From IMG/VR virus record IMGVR_UViG_2878656381_000006: 64,000 nucleotides of DNA, one strand, 5' to 3'. Source of the DNA: a virus. Below the pieces are notes generated by a model. That model was not told the origin of the DNA. It ran no database searches and saw only the letters and a list, made by a program, of their open reading frames with translations. Position 1 is the stretch's first letter; each line of letters begins with the position of its first letter. Shown here piece by piece: positions 54,212-62,909 of this stretch. The position numbers and the translations under genes are program-made.

Positions 54212-55828
54212 CTAATATCCTCTAAAATCATTACCGCCGCGAATTGTGCCAAAGCCACGTCGTGTTTTTTTCACTGCATAACTGTTATTAAAAAGTGAAC
54301 TCGTTTCACGTTTACCAATAGATTTAAAATCAATTTCAAAACCACTGTCAGTACGATAAGCGTAATACAATAACAATTTTGCAATGCCAGCATCACCGTG
54401 GCGTTGCGTGCCATTGTTACCTTGCGTTCGTTTATCTGGAATACGAGGTGTGCCTTTGATGACTTGAAATGCCCGCAAATCGTCTAGCATATCTGCGTGA
54501 TGTGGGATGCCGTGAAATGTACCGTCCTCGAGTGCCGCTTTAAATGGTGGTGCATGTTCTGCATACCACGACTGACTTAACATCACTGATTCGATGATTT
54601 GTCCGTAGCGGTCAAATGCGGCTTCAGATAAAAATTGTCCGTTGCCGCGTCCATCGTTCGCTGCTTTAGAAAAGCGCGGCAATCGGTCGCCAATATAGTA
54701 ATAAACTTGTTCTTGTTGTTTGAAAGGGATTTTTGACATCTCAACGACAAGAACCTCTTTCAGTGTTAAATCTGATTGCTCTTGCCCCACACAAATCACA
54801 GATAAGTCACCAGTGCGGGCAAAATCCTCACCGAGATAACTGCGCTGTCCTTGTGGTAGTGCTTGCAATACAGGTAAGAGATTTTCTTCGCACCATTCTT
54901 CGACTTCGGCGTAACGGACTGGCTCATCTATTAAGCTAAACTCATCATTCTTAGTTAAGCGGATAAGTGGTGTCTCTTTACTCATTCGGCTTTCGATAAG
55001 TGCACGAGTAAGCCAGGCACCGCCTGAATTTTTCGGAATACAGTCTAACTCTTCTGATGCTGCATCACCGTAAGATGCTCTAATTTGAGCAACCCATGCT
55101 TGTTCACTTTCTTTTGTCCATTCACGCCCTAAGCGCAAACAAATGCGTTGATAAACCCCATCTTCAATCGCATCGTCAAATGGTATTGTGTGTAAACTGT
55201 ATGGTTTTTTACCAGCTTTAACATCCTCTACTAATTCATTAAAAGGGTTATCGACCCCATTATGCGTGCTGATAATATGCACTTGACCACCCCACATTAG
55301 GAGCGCCATGGCTGCTTTCATCAACTCTGCTAAATCATCATGGAACGCTGCTTCGTCAATAATCACACGACCTTGCTTACCCCGTAAGTTAGACGGACGG
55401 GAGGACAGTGCGGTAATGCGCCAGCCACTAGCAAAACGGATGATATAAGCAAGAATGGCTTTTTCTTCATCTCCATCCTTGAATATTTCTTCTGTTTCTT
55501 CAATTTCGCCTGCAGCTAATCCATATACTTTAGCCCAATCAGCACAATCACGGATAAATTCCTGCGCCATATCTTTGTTATAACCGATGTACCAAGTATC
55601 CATACCCTTTTGAGAAGCAGCAAGCAATGCACTGTCTGCCGCCTCACCCCAAGATAACCCGATACGGCGAGATTTCTCACAAACTTTGACTGGTGTTAAA
55701 TCCGCACACCATCGCTGTTGATAGCCAAGTAACAACATCGGAGTTTTATAATTATGCTGCACTTGCAATGACACAACAGACTGTTTAAATGGAAGTATGC
55801 CAATAGCACCTTGGTTTGGTTTAGTCAT
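54212..55828 (-). CDS. Terminase large subunit (Mu gp28-like)
   Basis: EKSRRIGLSW, IIDEAAFH, ISTHNG, DFARTGD, RHGD. Confidence 0.95.
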   Translation of the reverse strand: MTKPNQGAIGILPFKQSVVSLQVQHNYKTPMLLLGYQQRWCADLTPVKVCEKSRRIGLSWGEAADSALLAASQKGMDTWYIGYNKDMAQEFIRDCADWAKVYGLAAGEIEETEEIFKDGDEEKAILAYIIRFASGWRITALSSRPSNLRGKQGRVIIDEAAFHDDLAELMKAAMALLMWGGQVHIISTHNGVDNPFNELVEDVKAGKKPYSLHTIPFDDAIEDGVYQRICLRLGREWTKESEQAWVAQIRASYGDAASEELDCIPKNSGGAWLTRALIESRMSKETPLIRLTKNDEFSLIDEPVRYAEVEEWCEENLLPVLQALPQGQRSYLGEDFARTGDLSVICVGQEQSDLTLKEVLVVEMSKIPFKQQEQVYYYIGDRLPRFSKAANDGRGNGQFLSEAAFDRYGQIIESVMLSQSWYAEHAPPFKAALEDGTFHGIPHHADMLDDLRAFQVIKGTPRIPDKRTQGNNGTQRHGDAGIAKLLLYYAYRTDSGFEIDFKSIGKRETSSLFNNSYAVKKTRRGFGTIRGGNDFRGY

Positions 55829-56367
55829 TACACAATACCTAAAATTTGTTTTCGAATTTGCTCTGCTGTTTCTTCTGTTAAGCCGTTTTTCTTCACAACT
55901 TTATCCACTTCTTTTGCAGCAGCCTCAGCACGAGCTTTAATTTCAGCTTGGTATTTTTTCAGATTGATACTTGCTCCAATCAACGGGCTGATGTTTTTCC
56001 CGACAAAGGATAATGCCGCCAGGCGTTTCATTGGGTCGTCTTCTTCTTTTATTTCCTCAAGACTCATTAACGCCTGAAACACTTCGCTTTGGATCATTTC
56101 TAAAATCGCATCACTTTGGACACCTTTTTCATTACTGATATTTTCAGAAATAACTTTAGCGGCTTCGGCACTTGCTTTTATTGACGCGAGACGTTGTTCA
56201 AGCTTTTGCCCGTAGCGATGGACTGCACTTTTTGAAATGTCATAACCACGCTTTTTAAGTTCATCTTCAAGCTCACGATAACCACTAAAATTATTTTCAA
56301 CTAGTGCAGAATCAAGCCAATCTCTAATTGATTGAGGTAATGCTTTTACCGTAGAACGTTTTGGCAT
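55828..56367 (-). CDS. DUF3486 / Mu gp27-like terminase small subunit
   Basis: ISKSAVHRYG; upstream of TerL. Confidence 0.85.
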   Translation of the reverse strand: MPKRSTVKALPQSIRDWLDSALVENNFSGYRELEDELKKRGYDISKSAVHRYGQKLEQRLASIKASAEAAKVISENISNEKGVQSDAILEMIQSEVFQALMSLEEIKEEDDPMKRLAALSFVGKNISPLIGASINLKKYQAEIKARAEAAAKEVDKVVKKNGLTEETAEQIRKQILGIV

Positions 56368-56378
56368 AGATACCTCCA

Positions 56379-56684
56379 TTACCAATATTTTTCTGGACGA
56401 GCAATCCCAGCGCCAACAGGCGCGGTATATTCCACAACGTCAATACCTTTACTTGTGAGTTTGGCATGCCAACGCATGGTTTCACGACCTGTGATGCAAA
56501 TGAGTTCTTTACCTGCTAAGTAATCTAATTCACGTCTAAGTTCTAATGCCGTTAATTGCATTGGCACACATTGGATCGTGCTTAAAATAAGACTTTCTGC
56601 GGCTCCGATAGGACGTGCGTGGTCAAGTGTTAATAAAATAAGCCACCGAATGTGCTCGCGTTTGTTTTTGTCAAATTCAATCAT
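56379..56684 (-). CDS. Mu gp26-like winged-helix protein
   Basis: RRELDYL...LT..G.DVVEYT...GIARP. Confidence 0.75.
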   Translation of the reverse strand: MIEFDKNKREHIRWLILLTLDHARPIGAAESLILSTIQCVPMQLTALELRRELDYLAGKELICITGRETMRWHAKLTSKGIDVVEYTAPVGAGIARPEKYW

Positions 56685-56685
56685 G

Positions 56686-57036
56686 TTAGCTCCGTCCATA
56701 CATTAAAATGACTTTATCCAGCTTTTCGTTAATTGTGTCATAACGTGCCGAATTGACTGTTTCACTACGCACTGCGTCTTCTCGACGCTGGTAATCAAGT
56801 GGTAATGATGTTTTTAACTCTGTCACTGTTTTATTCGCTGCTTCAGATAAGTCTTTAGCTGCTTTAATATCATCATGCAGTTGTCTGTATCGTTCTTCAC
56901 TGAATTTAAATTTTTCATTCAGTTTTGCCTCAAATTGTGAGAGTAAAAGCTTACCGAAACCAATCAACATGCCGATAATTGTAATGACAAGACTCACAAA
57001 GAAAGTGATCACTTGCCAGCCCCCAACCTCAATCAT
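56686..57036 (-). CDS. Membrane-anchored coiled-coil protein
   Basis: N-terminal TM; LPLDYQRRED. Confidence 0.7.
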   Translation of the reverse strand: MIEVGGWQVITFFVSLVITIIGMLIGFGKLLLSQFEAKLNEKFKFSEERYRQLHDDIKAAKDLSEAANKTVTELKTSLPLDYQRREDAVRSETVNSARYDTINEKLDKVILMYGRS

Positions 57037-57275
57037 TTTTCCTCCCTGATAATATAGTTTATTAATTCAATATGCCGTCCCGCGCATTCGCCATATAAGT
57101 CATACATTTGCTTTAATGCGATGAATACCGCATCACTTTGATTCATTGGTAATGGCACTGGTGCTTGACATGGTATTGCCAATACCGCGGGTAACTGCTT
57201 GGGCTGCACGGGTGCGGGCGAGATTGAGTGCGTGCATGCTGTCAGCATTAAACTGGCAATGGCGACGTAGTTCAT
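57033..57275 (-). CDS. o-spanin (Rz1-like)
   Basis: Lipobox LTAC, Pro-rich, two further Cys; overlaps the i-spanin. Confidence 0.8.
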   Translation of the reverse strand: MNYVAIASLMLTACTHSISPAPVQPKQLPAVLAIPCQAPVPLPMNQSDAVFIALKQMYDLYGECAGRHIELINYIIREEK

Positions 57276-57579
57276 TTGTTTTTGCCAATATTTTTTGTAA
57301 TTCATCTGTGGTCTTATCTCCCAGTTGCTGATAACGCCCTAAATTTTCACTTAGGGCTAAATTCGCTTGATTGGCTTGTTTAATTTGTTTATCCAGCGCA
57401 AGTAACTGCGCCTGTACCACTTGGTTTTTAATAATTTCAAATTCTAAACGAGACGCTTGATAACCACTTTTATAGGCTTGGTAGTAGCCCCAAATAGAGA
57501 CTACAGCAATTAATATGCCATTAATCAAATGCTTACCAAGGCTACTACTAAACAGTCCTTTAATTAATCGTGCAAACAT
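57133..57579 (-). CDS. i-spanin (Rz-like)
   Basis: TM + coiled coil after the endolysin. Confidence 0.75.
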   Translation of the reverse strand: MFARLIKGLFSSSLGKHLINGILIAVVSIWGYYQAYKSGYQASRLEFEIIKNQVVQAQLLALDKQIKQANQANLALSENLGRYQQLGDKTTDELQKILAKTNELRRHCQFNADSMHALNLARTRAAQAVTRGIGNTMSSTSAITNESK

Positions 57580-58163
57580 ACGGTATTTCCCCAGGTTATA
57601 TAGCGTGGCTGCCAGTAGTAGATAATTCGTTTTGGATAGCCACGGTTTTCAGCAAAATTAGCCCGACTTCGACCAGCATTTACTTGTTCGACGTTATTCC
57701 AGTACAACAAGGGATCCAACCCTTGTGCTTGGGCTTTCTTCTTGTCACGCTGCACCCAACCTAAGCCACCGTTATACGCTGATAACGTAAATGCAATGCG
57801 GTCACATTCCGTTTTTGCGGCAATCTTGTCGTAGTGGTATTTGTTGTAAACGACTAAAGCTCGAAGCGCCCAGTTAGGGTTAAATGGCTGATTTATGGCA
57901 AGTGAGGGATAGCGTTGAGCTATCCATTTTGCCGTTGATGGCATGAATTGCGTTAAGCCTTGTGCGCCAACAGGCGAGATGGCTTTTACATTCCAGTTTG
58001 ACTCTTGATGAACTTGTGCCGCAAAGACTGCAATTGGGGCATTTAAGCCCCAGTTTGCATGACTTTCTTGCGTTAAGACACGCTTGTATTGCGTACTTGT
58101 TGCAAATACAGGACTAATAACAAGTGCAACCAAAACGATGAATAAGGCATAAAGTCTTCGCAT
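57564..58163 (-). CDS. Endolysin, SLT lytic transglycosylase with N-terminal signal/SAR segment
   Basis: QES, GAQGLTQFMP, AYNGG. Confidence 0.92.
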   Translation of the reverse strand: MRRLYALFIVLVALVISPVFATSTQYKRVLTQESHANWGLNAPIAVFAAQVHQESNWNVKAISPVGAQGLTQFMPSTAKWIAQRYPSLAINQPFNPNWALRALVVYNKYHYDKIAAKTECDRIAFTLSAYNGGLGWVQRDKKKAQAQGLDPLLYWNNVEQVNAGRSRANFAENRGYPKRIIYYWQPRYITWGNTVCLHD

Positions 58164-58164
58164 A

Positions 58165-58536
58165 TTAAATCCCTAGCGTGACACCTAACATCACCGCACC
58201 GACAATCACAGCACGCCGTAAAACAACTAACGCAAATACTATTAAATAACCATCACAAACGGCATATTCTGGTTCATTGTCAACACGTGGTGTGAGCCGA
58301 TATTTATTCTTCCAGTTTCGCTTTAAATAGCCACCAGGGCTTGAATAAGGAAAAAGGGCTCTGTCTAAGTGATAGCCTACAATAGCGGCAATAGAAACCA
58401 GTGCAAGCTTATAAACTACGATAGGTAATTGATGTGGAGAGATGAGTGTAATTAACGTGAGTAAGGCTAATGCTGAGACTAACCACGAAAGTAAACGCCC
58501 AGCTTTGATTGCTTTGATAAAGCCACTAAAAAACAT
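58165..58536 (-). CDS. Putative holin
   Basis: 2-3 TM helices; GYHLDRALFPY and LRRAVIV motifs. Confidence 0.8.
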   Translation of the reverse strand: MFFSGFIKAIKAGRLLSWLVSALALLTLITLISPHQLPIVVYKLALVSIAAIVGYHLDRALFPYSSPGGYLKRNWKNKYRLTPRVDNEPEYAVCDGYLIVFALVVLRRAVIVGAVMLGVTLGI

Positions 58537-58588
58537 AAGAAACTCCTTGGTTTAGGGTTGATTTGAAAATCAATTAATAAGGAATTTC

Positions 58589-58633
58589 AGTATGACTTTT
58601 ATTGCGTCAGATGTATTTTGGACACGTCTAGAA
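58589..58633 (-). promoter_or_regulatory. Late promoter of the lysis operon
   Basis: TGTATTTTGGACACGTCTAGAA with CATACT 17 bp away, as at 50685-50729. Confidence 0.75.
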
Positions 58634-58777
58634 TAATTTTAGGAGAGATTTAGGCATAGTGTACAACAAAAACACAAGCGAGAATTGACTATGTTGATTT
58701 ATGAACCTTTTTCACATATAAAACCAAGAGGCAAGCCTTATGACTTGCCTCCATTACCACAAGAAAAACAGTAATTT

Positions 58778-59017
58778 TTACTCCCATTCAATATGAATAA
58801 CATCAATTTTACTCATTCCTTGACTAGTTCCTTCAGAAAAATGTTCAAGAGGTTTAATAACTGTAATATTTAACGAAAGAGTTGGTTTCTCTTTTTGAAT
58901 AAACGCATTTAATTGTTCAATACTGGGAAACTCAGTAAAAATATTACTATCAAGCATTAGGTTCTTCTCTTCCATATTTACGGCATATTCCAAACGTTCC
59001 AAGAAATCAGTATTCAT
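58778..59017 (-). CDS. Hypothetical protein (repressor-operon cargo)
   Basis: GAGG RBS; AT-rich. Confidence 0.6.
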   Translation of the reverse strand: MNTDFLERLEYAVNMEEKNLMLDSNIFTEFPSIEQLNAFIQKEKPTLSLNITVIKPLEHFSEGTSQGMSKIDVIHIEWE

Positions 59018-59074
59018 AACATTACCTCAATTAAATCAGCCTGTTAAGTATGTACTTGTTGCTTATAACTTATT

Positions 59075-59665
59075 TCAAAGTGAATCTATGAGAGCTTTCT
59101 TTTCAGCTTTATTTGATTCTTCAGTATCAGAGTATTTTTTTATATTCGGTACTGAGTAAAAGAGAGTTGGAAGCTCAACTTTACCGTTATAAGTAAAAAA
59201 GCGTAGTGAAACGGTATCGTCAGCAAATCTACGCCGTTCAAGTAATTTACTTTCATCTTTTTTACGTTTTTTGGTTCGACCTTCTTTTATATCCTTTTCT
59301 ATCAAATCTATTTTTTCTATAATGGGCTTTCCATATTTTTCTGTTAATGCATTGGATAGCTCATCTATCGTATATTTAGGATATTCTGGTATCTCAATTT
59401 CAATTTCACTAAGTTCACCTCCAATAAAACGAACTACAGCAAAAGTATGCCCATTATTAAAAAGAAACTGATCGCACATCCAGTGACTTCTGATCACTTT
59501 CTGCCATTCATTGAGTTTAGGTGTTCGCCATCCACTATCACATAGTTTAGTATTCCGTACTTGTTCTAATGTCATACCAAATTTTAAATCCTTATAGCCA
59601 TCAACTGGTGCAGACAAAACCATAAATGGAAACAGCAAAGTAATTAAGATTACTATTTTTTTCAT
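59075..59665 (-). CDS. Exported protein (repressor-operon cargo)
   Basis: Signal peptide; GYKDLKFGMT...L.EKYGKP. Confidence 0.75.
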   Translation of the reverse strand: MKKIVILITLLFPFMVLSAPVDGYKDLKFGMTLEQVRNTKLCDSGWRTPKLNEWQKVIRSHWMCDQFLFNNGHTFAVVRFIGGELSEIEIEIPEYPKYTIDELSNALTEKYGKPIIEKIDLIEKDIKEGRTKKRKKDESKLLERRRFADDTVSLRFFTYNGKVELPTLFYSVPNIKKYSDTEESNKAEKKALIDSL

Positions 59666-59677
59666 ATTTCACTCCCT

Positions 59678-60205
59678 TTAATCATTATCAAAATATTCCA
59701 GAATATCTTTCTTAATACCACATTTCCTTGCCCAGTATTCATTAAAACGTCGCTGTAATTCTTTTTCTATAATGTCTTGTTTTCTTTGATTTACTTTAAA
59801 TAAAACATCTATCGCTTTGTTAGAAAAAGACATTTTTTTACAAAGCCAACTAGCCCAAAGGATAAATGCACCAAAAATACCCACAGCAATTCCAATATTT
59901 AAGACAAAAGAAGATAATTCAACATCATATTCATTTGAAAATCTTGGAATGCAGTTCAAAATAAAAATAAAAATGAAATATCCAAAAAACACTCTCTTGA
60001 TGTCTTTCTGTGATAGTGCACTAAATAAAATTTTAATTCTTTCATTACGTAATTTACGCTTTACATCCTTCAATTGTTTATCTGTAAACAAAGTTAAGTC
60101 TATTTGCTGATTACCATGACACTGTTGATCGCTAAAAATAGTGTTAATGTTAAATTCATTAAAATGTACTTGAACATTATTGTTTCCTTTGATTTTCATC
60201 GACAT
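59678..60205 (-). CDS. Two-TM membrane protein with Asn/Gln-rich N-terminus
   Basis: GGAGG RBS; two hydrophobic helices. Confidence 0.75.
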   Translation of the reverse strand: MSMKIKGNNNVQVHFNEFNINTIFSDQQCHGNQQIDLTLFTDKQLKDVKRKLRNERIKILFSALSQKDIKRVFFGYFIFIFILNCIPRFSNEYDVELSSFVLNIGIAVGIFGAFILWASWLCKKMSFSNKAIDVLFKVNQRKQDIIEKELQRRFNEYWARKCGIKKDILEYFDND

Positions 60206-60235
60206 AGCATCCTCCTAGACCAATTTCATAGAAAA

Positions 60236-60646
60236 TTATTTTTTATTAGCTATTTGAATATTGTTATTACCTTCAATTTCCATTGAACATTGCTCATTAG
60301 TACGTTTGTTCTGCTTATTTCTATCTCCTTTAATTCTCATTGTTGACTTTGCAACACCTTCACCAAGCATAAATTTACGCACTGCTGGGTCGGCGTTGCG
60401 GAATTTATGGAGCAGGAGTAGTTCTTCATCGTTGATGGCGGTGTTGGCACGCTCACCGAATAGGACATACATTATATCCATCCCTACTTTTGCTATTTCG
60501 GCTAGGTATCTGGCATCAGGTATTCTTTTTCCGCTCTCATAATTTGCTTGAGCTAGTCTTTTTACACCGCCAATTGCCCCTAATTGTTCTTGTGTCAATT
60601 TTAATTTTTCTCGCTCATTTTTTAAGCGCTCACCAACTGTAGTCAT
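60236..60646 (-). CDS. Prophage 2 repressor (XRE HTH, no peptidase domain)
   Basis: VGERLKNEREKLKLTQ...NYESGKRIPD; divergent from the early genes. Confidence 0.88.
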   Translation of the reverse strand: MTTVGERLKNEREKLKLTQEQLGAIGGVKRLAQANYESGKRIPDARYLAEIAKVGMDIMYVLFGERANTAINDEELLLLHKFRNADPAVRKFMLGEGVAKSTMRIKGDRNKQNKRTNEQCSMEIEGNNNIQIANKK

Positions 60647-60676
60647 AAAAACCTCAAAATGATCTCAAATAAATAC

Positions 60677-60705
60677 TTGAAATGCATTCGATTGAATGCA
60701 ATAAT
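60677..60705 (+). promoter_or_regulatory. Early promoter with embedded operator palindrome
   Basis: TTGAAA-N17-AATAAT; TGCATTC-gatt-GAATGCA at 60683-60700. Confidence 0.7.
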
Positions 60706-60758
60706 CTACCACATCAACAACAAGCCAACCATAAACCAACAGAAAAAAGGAGGTGTTT

Positions 60759-60908
60759 ATGTTTAGTCGGTTATTGATTTATTTTTTAAAAAAGCCACAG
60801 GTGGTGGCAGTTATTCGTGAGATTACTCAGCCTTCTCCAAAACTTGAAGGTATGACCCCAGAAACCTTACGAGCTGTTCAGGCAATTGTTTTTGGGACTT
60901 CTGAATAA
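60759..60908 (+). CDS. Small early ORF (49 aa, MFSRLLIYFLKK...)
   Basis: AGGAGG RBS; first ORF after the early promoter. Confidence 0.5.
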   Translation: MFSRLLIYFLKKPQVVAVIREITQPSPKLEGMTPETLRAVQAIVFGTSE

Positions 60909-61050
60909 AGTCCTTTATCAGCACAGCAAATTTAGCACGCTGATCTTCGCCAAGCACCATAGGTAAAAGCGTTAGCAGTAAGTTTTGGTGCTGATTTTGA
61001 ATTTTTAATTCTTCTATTTCTTTTTTTAGTTCGGCAAGTTGGTTTTCCAT
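60823..61050 (-). CDS. Small hypothetical protein
   Basis: GAGGAG RBS; coiled-coil N-terminus. Confidence 0.6.
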   Translation of the reverse strand: MENQLAELKKEIEELKIQNQHQNLLLTLLPMVLGEDQRAKFAVLIKDFIQKSQKQLPEQLVRFLGSYLQVLEKAE

Positions 61051-61114
61051 TTTCAGCTCCTCGGGTTGAATAAACTAACTGCCATAATTTACCACAATTT
61101 ACATAGGAGGCGAA

Positions 61115-61351
61115 ATGCCAAAAACATCATTTAAGCCTTTGCCTTATCCCCAAACGCCTGAAAGTGTAAGAGCTTATTTTTTACTTCATGGAATTAACCG
61201 TAGTGAATGGGCGAGACACTTTGGGGTAAGTCAGCAAGCCATTTCCGACTTGCTTCGTGGGCAGTTGAAGGGTACTTGGGGAGAAAGCCATAAAACAGCA
61301 GTGCTACTAGGGTTAAAACCTGATCCTGAATCCCCACAAGTAGCGGCTTAA
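61115..61351 (+). CDS. Ner/Cro-like DNA-binding protein (BcepMu gp16-like)
   Basis: GINRSEWAR...G.SH..AVLLGLK. Confidence 0.85.
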   Translation: MPKTSFKPLPYPQTPESVRAYFLLHGINRSEWARHFGVSQQAISDLLRGQLKGTWGESHKTAVLLGLKPDPESPQVAA

Positions 61352-61430
61352 TCACACATTCTTCGTTACCAATTTGAATTGATAACAGTTTAAGCGGAAC
61401 TGACCGCTTGTAGCGAAATAGGAGCTCAAA

Positions 61431-61616
61431 ATGAAAAGATTACTGATTAAATTTTGTATCTGGTATTTAGCACGCGAATACAGACGACGCGAACGCAAAG
61501 ACATTAAAAACCAAGCAATTTTGAATAAGTTCCGTAAACAAAACACACAACAAATCGTCGATAAACACAATATTCCGCTTAATCAAGTTAAAAGCTTACA
61601 AGGCAAAGTTAATTAA
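61431..61616 (+). CDS. Basic hypothetical protein
   Basis: AGGAG RBS in the early operon. Confidence 0.55.
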   Translation: MKRLLIKFCIWYLAREYRRRERKDIKNQAILNKFRKQNTQQIVDKHNIPLNQVKSLQGKVN

Positions 61617-61628
61617 TGAGGTGTATCT

Positions 61629-61943
61629 ATGACTGAATTAAAAGGGACAAATAGCAAGCCAGCCCGTAGAGCATTAAACATCATTCGTGCATTAAAAGGA
61701 TTCTCATTAACAGGGCTTAGTAACAGTCAACTTGCAGAGAGATTAAATGAAAGTCAGGTCAATATTTCACGCGCATTAGCCGTATTACTTGACGAAGGCT
61801 TTGTCATAAGACTAGCCGAAGATCGCTTTGCATTAAGTATTCAAGTACTGCAAATTGCAACAGCTCATGCAAACGAATGCAATCTTGCTATTGAAAAAGT
61901 CGAACAACTAAACCAACGCATTGCCGCTGGCGCCTTAAGTTAA
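61629..61943 (+). CDS. IclR-like HTH protein
   Basis: R.L.I..ALKG....GLSN..LA..L. Confidence 0.8.
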   Translation: MTELKGTNSKPARRALNIIRALKGFSLTGLSNSQLAERLNESQVNISRALAVLLDEGFVIRLAEDRFALSIQVLQIATAHANECNLAIEKVEQLNQRIAAGALS

Positions 61944-61953
61944 GGAAAGTAAT

Positions 61954-62898
61954 ATGACAAATTTAACCATTGAACAATCACAAAATGCCGTTGCTTTAGC
62001 TGCTAAAGCCATGACTCGAGCTAAAACACAAGCTCATGAAGTTTTAGGAATGGTAAAAGCCTTTGATTTTGCACAAAAACTGCTGACCGTCAGCACTTTG
62101 AAATTACTATCTCAAGTCAAAGAAACCAAGCAATTCAAAGAGTTAGATTTCTATGATGATAATGGAAACTGCCGACGTGTCGGCACTTGGGAAGAGTTTT
62201 GCTTAATGTGCGGACTAACCCGTCAAAAAGTTGATGAGGATTTGCAAAATCTAAATTCTCTAGGTGAAGATTTTTTAGAAACCTCTCAACGCCTTGGTCT
62301 TGGTTATCGTGATTTACGCAAATTACGTAAACTCCCAGAAGATGCTCGTTCAGAAATCGTAGATGCCGACTACTCAGAGGCAACCGACAAAGAAGATTTG
62401 ATTGAGAAAATCGAAGAGTTGACGGTTAAACACGCAAAAGAAAAAGAGAGCTTAGAAGCGCAATTAAAAACAGCAAAAGACAATTATACCGCACAGGAAC
62501 GTGTTCTTGATAACAAGAATAAACGTATCGATCAGCTTGATGCAGAACTTGAGAAGAAAAAGCAATACATCAACACATTAACGCCAGATGAAAAAGGTGG
62601 TGTGTTGCGTAAAGAAACATCCCAGCTTGTTTATGGATCCGAAGCCATTCTACGCGGGCAAGTGTGGAAAGCATTTGAAACATTAGATGCACATACACAA
62701 GAAAGTGGCATTGATCACAAGCAGTTTATGACGGGTGTATTAGCCGAGATTGAGCTTGTTATTAATGAATTACGTACTACGTTTAACCTCCCTCAATTTG
62801 CGGATGGTGATAACACACCTGCCTGGGCGCGTGGTAATGAAACGCCCGATTATAGTGATGCATTTAACGCCATCATTAACGGCGAAGAACAAGAATAA
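61954..62898 (+). CDS. DUF3102-like early protein
   Basis: TWEEFC...VDEDL.NL...GE.FL....LGLGYR.LR.LRKLP. Confidence 0.75.
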   Translation: MTNLTIEQSQNAVALAAKAMTRAKTQAHEVLGMVKAFDFAQKLLTVSTLKLLSQVKETKQFKELDFYDDNGNCRRVGTWEEFCLMCGLTRQKVDEDLQNLNSLGEDFLETSQRLGLGYRDLRKLRKLPEDARSEIVDADYSEATDKEDLIEKIEELTVKHAKEKESLEAQLKTAKDNYTAQERVLDNKNKRIDQLDAELEKKKQYINTLTPDEKGGVLRKETSQLVYGSEAILRGQVWKAFETLDAHTQESGIDHKQFMTGVLAEIELVINELRTTFNLPQFADGDNTPAWARGNETPDYSDAFNAIINGEEQE

Positions 62899-62909
62899 GG
62901 ACAATCACC

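Noticed and set aside
58691..58774. 27-aa + strand ORF MLIYEPFSHIKP...
   Set aside because: Weak RBS, and it overlaps a probable terminator hairpin; not enough support.
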